Counted from the first letter of the stretch, positions 50,530 to 58,793 are shown. The stretch is 64,000 nucleotides of DNA from a virus (IMGVR_UViG_2871105481_000001:8249-72248), one strand, 5' to 3'. A program made the numbers and translations. Notes: a model not told the origin generated them from the letters alone.

Positions 50530-51297
50530 ATGTTAGAACAATTCAACTATAACGGAAATAACGTGTCTTTTCTTGTAGAAAACGACATTGTGATGGTAAA
50601 CGCAACGCAAATGGCTAAACCGTTCAGTAAACAACCTTATGAATATTTACGCTTACCTACTACAAATGAGTTAATTAGAGCCATTACGGGAAAATCCCGT
50701 ATTGCTGAAAATCAAGTAGTTAAGACAATACGCGGAGGATTAAATCCGGGAACCTGGTTAAATGAAGATCTTGCGATTGATTTTGCACAATGGTTGTCTG
50801 TTGATTTCAAACTTTGGGTATCTGACCGGATCAAAGAATTAATGAAATACGGATTTACAGCAGACAATAAAACATTAGACGCTTTAGTTTCAAATCCAGA
50901 TCTTTTAATTTCATTGGCAACACAACTTAAACGGGAGCGAGAAGAGAAAGACGTTTTGAAGCGCGAGAATGAAAGAATGAAACCCCGTGATAAATTCGTG
51001 AACATTGTTTTTGATTCCAGTAGTTTACTTACTTTATCACAAGCTGCAAAAGCATTACAACTACCCTATGGACGTAATAAGATGTGCCAGAAGTTAAGAG
51101 AAAAAGGTGTATTTATGAAACGAGGTACAGAGCCTAAACAGATATATGTTAATAATGGTTATTTTGTAGTAAAAGAAGCTTCGTTTGTAAACGCAACTAA
51201 TACCTATTTACGACCCCAGACTTTTGTATCACAAAAAGGATTAGGATTTATTGCTCGTACATTAGGAGTAATTGAAGTCCCTAAACTATTACAATAA
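50530..51297 (+). CDS. Phage antirepressor (KilA-N + KilAC/ANT domain)
   Basis: MVNATQMAKPF, GTW..EDLAIDFAQWLS (KilA-N); NPDLLISLA..LK.ER; AAKAL...GRNK....LREKG...TFVSQKGL (KilAC). Confidence 0.9.
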   Translation: MLEQFNYNGNNVSFLVENDIVMVNATQMAKPFSKQPYEYLRLPTTNELIRAITGKSRIAENQVVKTIRGGLNPGTWLNEDLAIDFAQWLSVDFKLWVSDRIKELMKYGFTADNKTLDALVSNPDLLISLATQLKREREEKDVLKRENERMKPRDKFVNIVFDSSSLLTLSQAAKALQLPYGRNKMCQKLREKGVFMKRGTEPKQIYVNNGYFVVKEASFVNATNTYLRPQTFVSQKGLGFIARTLGVIEVPKLLQ

Positions 51298-51319
51298 GCT
51301 TATTACATAACAACTACTA

Positions 51320-51348
51320 AGAGTTTCCAAAACGGAGACTCTTTTTTT
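51320..51348 (+). terminator. Intrinsic terminator
   Basis: AAGAGTTTCC-aaaac-GGAGACTCTT followed by a T run. Confidence 0.7.
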
Positions 51349-51464
51349 TGCTTTAAAAGTAAATTAAATTACTTTTTATGACAATATACAAACGTAAAAT
51401 GATAAACTTTTATGATTGATTTTCTGATACTTACATAATTTATATACTTTTTACGCATCTTTTA

Positions 51465-51495
51465 TTTGCGTATTATGTAACTTTTTGTAAATTTG
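51465..51495 (+). promoter_or_regulatory. Bacteroidota promoter heading the long rightward early operon that contains the DGR
   Basis: TTTG 51465-51468, 19-nt spacer, TAAATTTG 51488-51495. Confidence 0.75.
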
Positions 51496-51603
51496 TAACA
51501 GATAAGAGAAGACGAAACAAACACAACTTTAAATATTAAGATTTGAACCAACCTGAGCAAGTTGTTAAAAGGCTTTCTTTAAGATAACTAAATAATAAAA
51601 GCT

Positions 51604-51840
51604 ATGAATTATTTCGGTCAAACATTTAATGAAAAAGCGAGTATAGAAATTAAGGCACAATGGTATGTAGATAACTATGGAACTAATCCAAAATTTAAAG
51701 AATCTGTTTCTACTGGTTTAGAAGATATTTCTAAAAGGATTGAGTTAGTAAATGAAAATAAAATCTGGTTAAGTAATGAATTAATACAGAGTTTAAATGA
51801 AGCTAAAAGAATACATGAAATAATCTTAACAATTATATAA
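51604..51840 (+). CDS. Hypothetical protein
   Basis: 78 aa, first ORF after the promoter. Confidence 0.55.
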   Translation: MNYFGQTFNEKASIEIKAQWYVDNYGTNPKFKESVSTGLEDISKRIELVNENKIWLSNELIQSLNEAKRIHEIILTII

Positions 51841-51841
51841 A

Positions 51842-52078
51842 ATGAAAACAACTACACTAACAGAAGAACAAAAGGCAGATATAGTAACGATTACTTTTTT
51901 ATCTATTGGAGTAATACTATTAATATCCTTCGTTGCTTTTATACTGCCTAATATAACATTAGATCAACAGGTTGAAGCTTATAAACGCAACATGCAGCAA
52001 AAAGAAATAAAAGAAGCTCATGAATTTCATGAAAAAATGATGTTGGAGGAAAATAAAAAATACATTTCAAATCATTGA
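51842..52078 (+). CDS. Small single-TM protein
   Basis: 78 aa with one hydrophobic helix. Confidence 0.55.
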   Translation: MKTTTLTEEQKADIVTITFLSIGVILLISFVAFILPNITLDQQVEAYKRNMQQKEIKEAHEFHEKMMLEENKKYISNH

Positions 52079-52177
52079 TTTATTAACTCGACTAAGCGAG
52101 TATAAAAAGGTTTTAAGCTTAGAGCGTTGATAGTTATAAAAACCTATCAGGTAACAACAACTAAAAAATATTACAAA

Positions 52178-52837
52178 ATGAAAACAACATTTTCTTTCAC
52201 AGACAAAAACAAAAACCTTATAACTATTAAAGCAGAAATAACATTTAGGAATAGTTATGCTGAATTTACAATTTAAGGTGATAAAGGTAATAGTTGCGGA
52301 CAAATTGATTTTTCCCCAAAGAATGAACAACAACAAGAGCTTAAAAATATTTGGGATAAGTACCACCTACAAAAAATTGATGATCAAGAAAAATTTTGGA
52401 ACAAGTTTTTAAAATTAACAAAAGAAATAGAAGCTTTTGAATTAGAAGAAAAAGAAAGAAAAGTAACTGAAGAAGATATAGAATTGTTTGAAGATTTCGA
52501 CGAACCTGAAAAAGCATTAGTAATAGCATTGATGCTTGATTTATCAATTAACGAAATTGAAGACATTTCAAATACATATGATAATTGCTGGGAAGTACAA
52601 GGTATATCATATTTATTTGGGACTGATGATGAAATGGATGAAGAATGGGATACTGATTTAGATAATTATATAGATGATTGCTTAGAAATACCTAAAGACT
52701 TAGAAAGATATTTTGACAGGGAGTTGTGGAAATCGGACGCTAGAACAGACGGCAGACCGCATTCTCTTGGTAGATACGACGGAAGAGAAATAGAGTTTAA
52801 ATATGAGAGTACATGGTACTATGCATATAGACAATAA
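52178..52837 (+). pseudogene. Acidic hypothetical protein interrupted by one in-frame TAA
   Basis: ATG 52178 has a strong A-rich context; TAA at 52274-52276; the same frame continues into the track ORF 52484-52837. Confidence 0.65.
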
Positions 52838-52923
52838 TTAATAGTAAACCTTCCTTTGAACGTGTAGGCGTTATTTGGAGCAATACCAACAAAGGAACAA
52901 ACAAAACAACTAAAATTTACAAA

Positions 52924-53382
52924 ATGAGAACTAACAAATACACTTACTTAAAAGTAATTCAACAAAATTACAGTGGCAAATGGAAGGATATAGAAGAAGT
53001 GGAAGCTAATAGTATTTATGTACCTAAATGCGGAGATAGTATTTTTAAAACTCTTGTTTCTGGTTATAAATTATTGGGAGTAAGCACTAAAACTATTAAC
53101 AGAAGGATTATAAACGCAAAACCTTCATTAAGACAAAATTTTAAAGACTGTGATGATTTTGCAAACTATGTTTTTGACAGTGTTTTAGATTATGGCGAAA
53201 TCATAACTAATGAATTTAATCAATTAACCGGATTAAACATAAAAGTCGGTTCAGACATTAAAACAATTGAATCATTGCCATGCCTGGGTATTAATTACAT
53301 TGAATTCGGATCTTTAAAGTCAATGCTTTATGATTTATATTACTTCCTAATCAAAGAAAATAAAATAAACACACTTAACTAA
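52924..53382 (+). CDS. Hypothetical protein
   Basis: 152 aa; YLKVIQQNYSGKWKDI. Confidence 0.55.
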   Translation: MRTNKYTYLKVIQQNYSGKWKDIEEVEANSIYVPKCGDSIFKTLVSGYKLLGVSTKTINRRIINAKPSLRQNFKDCDDFANYVFDSVLDYGEIITNEFNQLTGLNIKVGSDIKTIESLPCLGINYIEFGSLKSMLYDLYYFLIKENKINTLN

Positions 53383-53394
53383 AAATCACAAATC

Positions 53395-53586
53395 ATGTTT
53401 GAAGAAAAAATTATAGCATGCGCAACGTATGTTACAGGGATTGCATTGCTTTTTAACCCAGCTCCTGAGCTTAAATATATAGGTGGAATTATTACGGTTA
53501 CTTTAATGGTAGTAGGTATTCCAGTAGTATATCAACTCGCTAAAGCCTTTGTTAGTAAACGCAAAAGATTGAAAAATGCAAAATAA
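53395..53586 (+). CDS. Small two-TM protein
   Basis: 63 aa, two hydrophobic segments, basic tail. Confidence 0.5.
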   Translation: MFEEKIIACATYVTGIALLFNPAPELKYIGGIITVTLMVVGIPVVYQLAKAFVSKRKRLKNAK

Positions 53587-54290
53587 CATTTCACTAATAG
53601 CATATTTCAATGGAGACATTGACAAAATGATAAAAATATTAATTCACTTAAAATAAAGTATTATGAAATAAAAGATTGACAACGAAAAAATATTTAAAGA
53701 ATTTAATCCTTTACCTACTTTAAGTCCAAAAGGACATTGGACTATTAAATCCGGAAAAATAGGTACACCAGTAGCAATGTTACCAATACCGCAAGGAGGT
53801 ATTAATGGAAAAGAAAGAATAGAACTTTATACAGATTTACTTGTACAAAGCAAAGTAATAGCAAAAACACTAATAGAAGTAAATGATTTTCTGTATAACT
53901 ACAAATATAAAAGTATAGAAGATGCTTATAAATTACAAAGTAAGGTTTTAACATTATTAAAAAAGCTAACTACAGAATGAAAACTATTTTACTCCTGTCA
54001 ATTTTTGCTGTCTTAGCGATAATATCAATTTTTATAGTTAAGCCTTACAATTTTATAATAAGAATGTTAAATAAATAATATCAATATGATCACCTTATTA
54101 AAAATATTCAGAAAGAAAATACAGGAAGAAATACAACCCTGTGGAGTAATTCAAATCGGAAAATATCCGGAAAATTACAATGATCTAGGCACAAAATTTA
54201 TGTCTCATCAAAGAAACATTCGTGCAAGGGCATAGAGAAAAAATATAACTATTAAAAAAACAAAGCTCCCCGAAGGAAGCTTATTACAAA

Positions 54291-55328
54291 ATGAAAACAA
54301 CCATTTATGGAAGTCTTCAAAACAACTATAACAAAGATATGAATTATTTAGAATTAAAACAAGACACTACCCTTTCTCATAATTCGGAAATGCAATATTT
54401 CAATTCATTTTTCCAGGATCTTTTAAAAGGGTTACAGAGTGGTAAATACATTACGGACAAGGGTACTAAATATTCTCTTACCACAATAAGACATTATAAA
54501 AATGCTTACGACTGGTTTGTTTTTTGGGAAGCTCACATTGGTATTCAATTACAAATGAATGAGGTAATATACAATACTGTTGAAATGTTTAAAACGTTTC
54601 TTAGCCATTATCACCTAACATTAAATAGTGTATCAGTTATTATCTCTAAAATTAAATCTGTCCTAAACTTTGCTTTTAAGTCGGGTAAGCATTTTTGGAA
54701 TGGAACAGGAATAAAGATTGTAAAGGAAAAAAATCCAAAAACGTATTTAACAATTGAAGAATTAAAGCAAATGCGTTCATGTAAATCTTTAACTGCTGCT
54801 GAAGAAATGGTTTTAGACAATTTTACAATTCAGTTTTATATTGGTCAAAGGTATGAAACAACACAAAGATTCTTAAAGCAACCTTTTGCGTTTACAAGAC
54901 AACATGGAGAATTTTCATATATAGAAATTGAAGCATATAAAACTGGAACCGTTTCATATATCCCATTAGGAGAGATAGTTAAGGGTATTATACAGAAATA
55001 TAATGGTTTAGTGCCTGTTTATTCTAGGACTTACATTAATCGGATAATTAAAGTGGTTGCGTTTAAAGCAGGATTAATTCAATTAATTGCAACTCGTGAA
55101 ACGCGTAATCAAAAAGTTGTTAGAGAGTTTATTCCAAAATATTCTCTTATATCTACACACACTGCAAGAAGATCCTTAGTATCAAATCTTAAACAATTAA
55201 ATTTTTCAAATCAATCAATAATGGGAATTACATCTCATGGTACAGAAGTACAGTTAAATGACTATAACAGGTCACAAGTAGAAAAAATAAAATCAATATT
55301 AGGTCACGAATTTTTCCTGAAAATATAA
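54291..55328 (+). CDS. Tyrosine recombinase with SAM-like N-terminal domain (second integrase)
   Basis: Catalytic set R (IGQRY), K (YKTG), HxxR (HTARR), H (TSHG), Y (LNDY). Confidence 0.85.
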   Translation: MKTTIYGSLQNNYNKDMNYLELKQDTTLSHNSEMQYFNSFFQDLLKGLQSGKYITDKGTKYSLTTIRHYKNAYDWFVFWEAHIGIQLQMNEVIYNTVEMFKTFLSHYHLTLNSVSVIISKIKSVLNFAFKSGKHFWNGTGIKIVKEKNPKTYLTIEELKQMRSCKSLTAAEEMVLDNFTIQFYIGQRYETTQRFLKQPFAFTRQHGEFSYIEIEAYKTGTVSYIPLGEIVKGIIQKYNGLVPVYSRTYINRIIKVVAFKAGLIQLIATRETRNQKVVREFIPKYSLISTHTARRSLVSNLKQLNFSNQSIMGITSHGTEVQLNDYNRSQVEKIKSILGHEFFLKI

Positions 55329-55334
55329 AATCTC

Positions 55335-55820
55335 ATGAAGAATTTAGAAATCACTCAAGAAGCAGCAGTAAAAGCATACTCTGAAGCTTCAAAAAATGGA
55401 AAACTATTACTAGAAAATCTTTTTGGAAAAAATGTATTTCTTGTAGATATTAAAGAAAGAATTAAATCTATTGAAGATGCAATTAATGAACTTGGAGAAA
55501 ATGATGATGAAGTAATTGTATTAAGAGCCTTAGAAGTAGCTGGTATAAGTAATCATATTTTATATACACAATGGTTAGTAGTTATTACCAAAGCTCTAAA
55601 CGAAGGTTGGGAACCAGATTGGGGGAATGGACAATGGGATAAGTGGTTCAACTGGTTCAATATGCCATCAAAAAATGGCCGGTTCTCGTTCTACTGCTCC
55701 AATTATCAGTACTCGGTTTCGGTTTGCGCTTCCCGCCTTTGCTTTAAATCAAAAGACCTTGCTCAGTATGCTGCTAAGCAATTCATAAACACTTATGAAA
55801 AATCTTATACTAATCAATAA
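55335..55820 (+). CDS. DGR target protein 2
   Basis: Contains VR2; C-terminal 188 nt near-identical to target 1 outside the VR. Confidence 0.9.
   Translation: MKNLEITQEAAVKAYSEASKNGKLLLENLFGKNVFLVDIKERIKSIEDAINELGENDDEVIVLRALEVAGISNHILYTQWLVVITKALNEGWEPDWGNGQWDKWFNWFNMPSKNGRFSFYCSNYQYSVSVCASRLCFKSKDLAQYAAKQFINTYEKSYTNQ
55676..55741 (+). repeat. DGR variable repeat VR2
   Basis: Ungapped to TR 56243-56308; 15 mismatches in 66 nt, all at TR adenines. Confidence 0.92.
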
Positions 55821-55831
55821 AACTAATTTAA

Positions 55832-56203
55832 ATGAATATAACAGATAAAGTAAAAAGTTTTGAGGATGCTTGTCAATTATTAGGAATAAAACCTGATGTT
55901 CCAAAAGTATCATTATTGCCAGAAAAACATCAAAAAGCAATAGTAGCACATTATAAATTGATAATTATTACTGAAGCATTAAATGAAGGATGGACACCTG
56001 ATTGGAGTAATTGGAATGAAAGAAAATATTATCCTTGGTTTGAAATGAGTGATTCTTCTGGCCGGTTCTCGTTCGACGGCTCCGATCATCGGTGCTCGAC
56101 TTCGACTTGCGCTTCCCGCCTTTGTCTAAAAACATGGGAATTAGCAAATTACATAGGAGAATCGTTCATTGATTTATATAAAGATTATTTCATAATAGAT
56201 TAA
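55832..56203 (+). CDS. DGR target protein 3 (minimal core domain)
   Basis: Contains VR3; VKSFEDAC..LG...ALNEGWTPDW..RLC. Confidence 0.9.
   Translation: MNITDKVKSFEDACQLLGIKPDVPKVSLLPEKHQKAIVAHYKLIIITEALNEGWTPDWSNWNERKYYPWFEMSDSSGRFSFDGSDHRCSTSTCASRLCLKTWELANYIGESFIDLYKDYFIID
56052..56125 (+). repeat. DGR variable repeat VR3
   Basis: Ungapped to TR 56236-56309; 16 mismatches in 74 nt, all at TR adenines. Confidence 0.93.
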
Positions 56204-56235
56204 ATTCTTAAGGTTATACAGTTTATGTTGCTCCT

Positions 56236-56309
56236 ATTCTTCTAGCCAGTTCTCGTTCAACAACTCCAATAATCAGAACTCGAATTCGAATTGCACTACC
56301 CACCTATGT
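56236..56309 (+). ncRNA. DGR template repeat (TR)
   Basis: Non-coding, between target 3 and RT; 7 AAC/AAT triplets in frame with the VR codons. Confidence 0.93.
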
Positions 56310-56413
56310 TTTTAATATAAAAACTGTAAACCTTACCTCTTGGTAAAAAATAACTCACTTTCATAAAGGCGTTGGTAAGTTTTACTGAAAACGACTTTTC
56401 TAAAGCAAAGATT

Positions 56414-57376
56414 ATGAAAAGAATAAACAATTTATTTGAAAAAATAATTTGCATTGACAATCTAAAACAAGCAGATATAAATGCTCAAAAAGGAAAAAGC
56501 AAACAATATGGAGTAAAACTACACAATAAAAATAATGAGTTAAATATTATTGAGTTATATAACACACTTAAATATAAACAATACAAAACCTCACAATATG
56601 ACGTATTCAAAATAACCGAACCTAAAGAAAGGGAAATATACAGACTTCCATATTTTCCTGATAGAATAATGCATCATGCTATTATGAATATATTAGAACC
56701 AATATTTGTTTCAACTTTTACTAGTGATACCTATAGTTGTATAAAGAAAAGAGGTATACATAAAGCTTCATATAATTTAAGAAAAGCTCTTAAACATAAA
56801 ACTGAAACTTTATTTTGTTTAAAGCTTGATATTAAGAAGTTCTACCCAAATATTAACCATGATATTTTAAAAACCTTACTAACAAAAAAGTTTAAAGATA
56901 AAGACCTATTATGGCTTCTATATGAGATAATTGATAGTGCTCCAGGTTTACCAATTGGTAATTATTTAAGCCAATATCTAGCGAACTTTTACCTAACATA
57001 TTTTGATCATTGGGTAAAAGAAGAATTAAAAGTTAAGTACTACTTCAGATATGCAGATGATATAGTAATACTTAATAGTTCAAAAGAAAACCTTCACATA
57101 ATATTAAATCAAATTAAATACTATTTAAACACTAAACTAAAATTACAAGTAAAAGAAGATTGGCAAATATTTCCGGTAGAAAAAAGAGGTATTGACTTCG
57201 TTGGATATGTTCATTATCATAGTCATGTTAAACTTAGGAAATCAATTAAGAAGAAATTTGCAAAAATATTAAAAAGAAGTCCTAATAAAGCTTCAATTGC
57301 ATCTTACTCTGGATGGACAAAACACTGTAACTCTCAAAATCTTATGAAAAAACTTTTAAATAATGTTCCACTTTAG
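56414..57376 (+). CDS. DGR reverse transcriptase
   Basis: PKEREI..LPYFPDRIMHHA, LKLDIKKFYPNI, GLPIGNYLSQ, YFRYADD, GIDFVGY; about 320 aa with no maturase/endonuclease tail. ATG 56414. Confidence 0.95.
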   Translation: MKRINNLFEKIICIDNLKQADINAQKGKSKQYGVKLHNKNNELNIIELYNTLKYKQYKTSQYDVFKITEPKEREIYRLPYFPDRIMHHAIMNILEPIFVSTFTSDTYSCIKKRGIHKASYNLRKALKHKTETLFCLKLDIKKFYPNINHDILKTLLTKKFKDKDLLWLLYEIIDSAPGLPIGNYLSQYLANFYLTYFDHWVKEELKVKYYFRYADDIVILNSSKENLHIILNQIKYYLNTKLKLQVKEDWQIFPVEKRGIDFVGYVHYHSHVKLRKSIKKKFAKILKRSPNKASIASYSGWTKHCNSQNLMKKLLNNVPL

Positions 57377-57659
57377 TGATTTTAACATCAAACCTAAAGA
57401 AAACACATTTACAGGGAAAAAAATAGATATAGATGATATTTTAAATATTGAAATTATCATTAACAAATATCAAATAAAAGATTCAATAAAAAAATCAAAT
57501 TCAAAATATCTCACATTACAAATTGAGATAAATAAAACTCATAGAATTGTCTTCACTGGATCTAAAAACCTAATTGATTTAATAAGTCAAGTACCAGAAG
57601 ACAAATTTCCATTTTCTACGACAATAAAAAAGAATGATCGTAGACTAGAATTCACTTAA
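57363..57659 (+). CDS. Small unknown protein overlapping the RT stop (candidate DGR accessory factor)
   Basis: 98 aa, 14-nt overlap with RT; FTGKKIDIDDILN...LQI...VFTGS..LI...FPFSTTI, beta-rich. Confidence 0.7.
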   Translation: MFHFSDFNIKPKENTFTGKKIDIDDILNIEIIINKYQIKDSIKKSNSKYLTLQIEINKTHRIVFTGSKNLIDLISQVPEDKFPFSTTIKKNDRRLEFT

Positions 57660-57676
57660 CAAATAAAAATATTATT

Positions 57677-58189
57677 ATGAAAAACATTTTAGTAGTAACA
57701 CTATTAGTTGTTACAACTGCATTACATGCACAATTTACAAAAGGAACCAAATTTATTGAAGTTGGTTCTTCATCAAATGACTTAAGAGTTTCTCCAACTG
57801 GATTCATGTTTTATATTTCTGATGAAAAAGAAAGGTCTATTGTTATTGGACTGTCTGGAGGATATTTTATATCTGATGGTTTAGCTTTAAAATTAGGTAC
57901 TGGATTTTCTTATTCAAAACTTAGAGATTTAGATGCTCTAAAATCATATGGAGTTTCAGGTGGAATTGAATATTATATTTCAAATAAATTTCCTGTTGAA
58001 ATTAGATACTCAGCTTCATTTAGAGATCAATATAAAGATTCTCATTTCTTAACATTAAAAGTTGGTTATGCAAAAGTATTTGATAAGAAGTTTGTTTTAA
58101 AACCTTTTGCGTTTATCGAAAAATCTTTAAACAATTATTATGCAAATGGTGCTGGTATAGGTGTTTCATTTTCCTACAATTTCAAGTAA
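57677..58189 (+). CDS. Small outer-membrane beta-barrel protein
   Basis: Signal peptide (..ALHA|QF), alternating amphipathic strands (GLSGGYFISDGLALKLG), terminal GVSFSYNF. Confidence 0.75.
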   Translation: MKNILVVTLLVVTTALHAQFTKGTKFIEVGSSSNDLRVSPTGFMFYISDEKERSIVIGLSGGYFISDGLALKLGTGFSYSKLRDLDALKSYGVSGGIEYYISNKFPVEIRYSASFRDQYKDSHFLTLKVGYAKVFDKKFVLKPFAFIEKSLNNYYANGAGIGVSFSYNFK

Positions 58190-58213
58190 CACATAGCAAA
58201 TTTAAAATTTGCG

Positions 58214-58246
58214 CCCCGGCAGAGTCCTAGCAAAGCCGGGGTTTTA
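58214..58246 (+). terminator. Intrinsic terminator-like hairpin
   Basis: CCCCGGC-14 nt-GCCGGGG followed by TTTT. Confidence 0.6.
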
Positions 58247-58267
58247 AAACAAAATCAATAACTAAAC

Positions 58268-58378
58268 AAGCAGGTGGCGGAATGGTAGACGCAATGAGGG
58301 TTATAAGTTGAAACGCCCGTGACGTGTGAATAGTATCCAAATAGCACGCAAATACATGTTCGAATCATGCCCTGCTTA
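58268..58378 (+). ncRNA. tRNA-like RNA with no canonical anticodon arm
   Basis: Acceptor AAGCAGG/CCTGCTT, Leu-type D arm GCGGAATGGTAGACGC, T arm CATG-TTCGAAT-CATG, with about 60 nt in the middle. Confidence 0.6.
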
Positions 58379-58394
58379 TTTAAAATAAAATAAA

Positions 58395-58793
58395 ATGAAA
58401 AGAAATGAATTACTAAAACTTCCAGCAGGTGAATACTTATTAACTGATGAGATATGCAATTTTAAGTACAGACTAATAAAGTTCGATAGAGATGATAGTT
58501 TAGTATGCTTTATATATGATTATCATACAGGAATAATTCCGTATGGTCCTTGTATGGCACTAAGCTATAGTCAATATATTTTCAGCGGGAACGATTATAG
58601 CACCTGTAAAAGAAGATTAGAATGCAGCGTATTTATTGGAGGAATATCAATAAGGGAGCACTTTAGCAAGTTACATCAAGTTAAAATGATAGGTAAGTAT
58701 AATAAAAACGCAATTAAACAGGATTTTGAAAGATTCAAAATGCATTATAAAATTAGTTGTAGTAGATGCTATAAAAATAGAATTGTAGGCTAA
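58395..58793 (+). CDS. Hypothetical protein
   Basis: 132-aa ORF. Confidence 0.5.
   Translation: MKRNELLKLPAGEYLLTDEICNFKYRLIKFDRDDSLVCFIYDYHTGIIPYGPCMALSYSQYIFSGNDYSTCKRRLECSVFIGGISIREHFSKLHQVKMIGKYNKNAIKQDFERFKMHYKISCSRCYKNRIVG

Larger units (their letters stand above)
55335..57659 (+). mobile_element. Diversity-generating retroelement cassette (target2-target3-TR-spacer-RT-small ORF)
   Basis: TR/VR pairs with adenine-only mismatches next to a DGR-type RT. Confidence 0.95.

Noticed and set aside
41569-56309. CRISPR array
   Set aside because: The repeats are dispersed, lie inside ORFs and have no spacer periodicity; no cas genes.
56414-57376. RT as group II intron, retron or Abi RT
   Set aside because: Short, no maturase or endonuclease domain, GLPIGNYLSQ motif, and an adjacent TR with A-specific VRs identify it as a DGR RT.
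57363-57659. Calling the small ORF avd
   Set aside because: Downstream position and beta-rich pattern do not fit the all-helical Avd; left unnamed.
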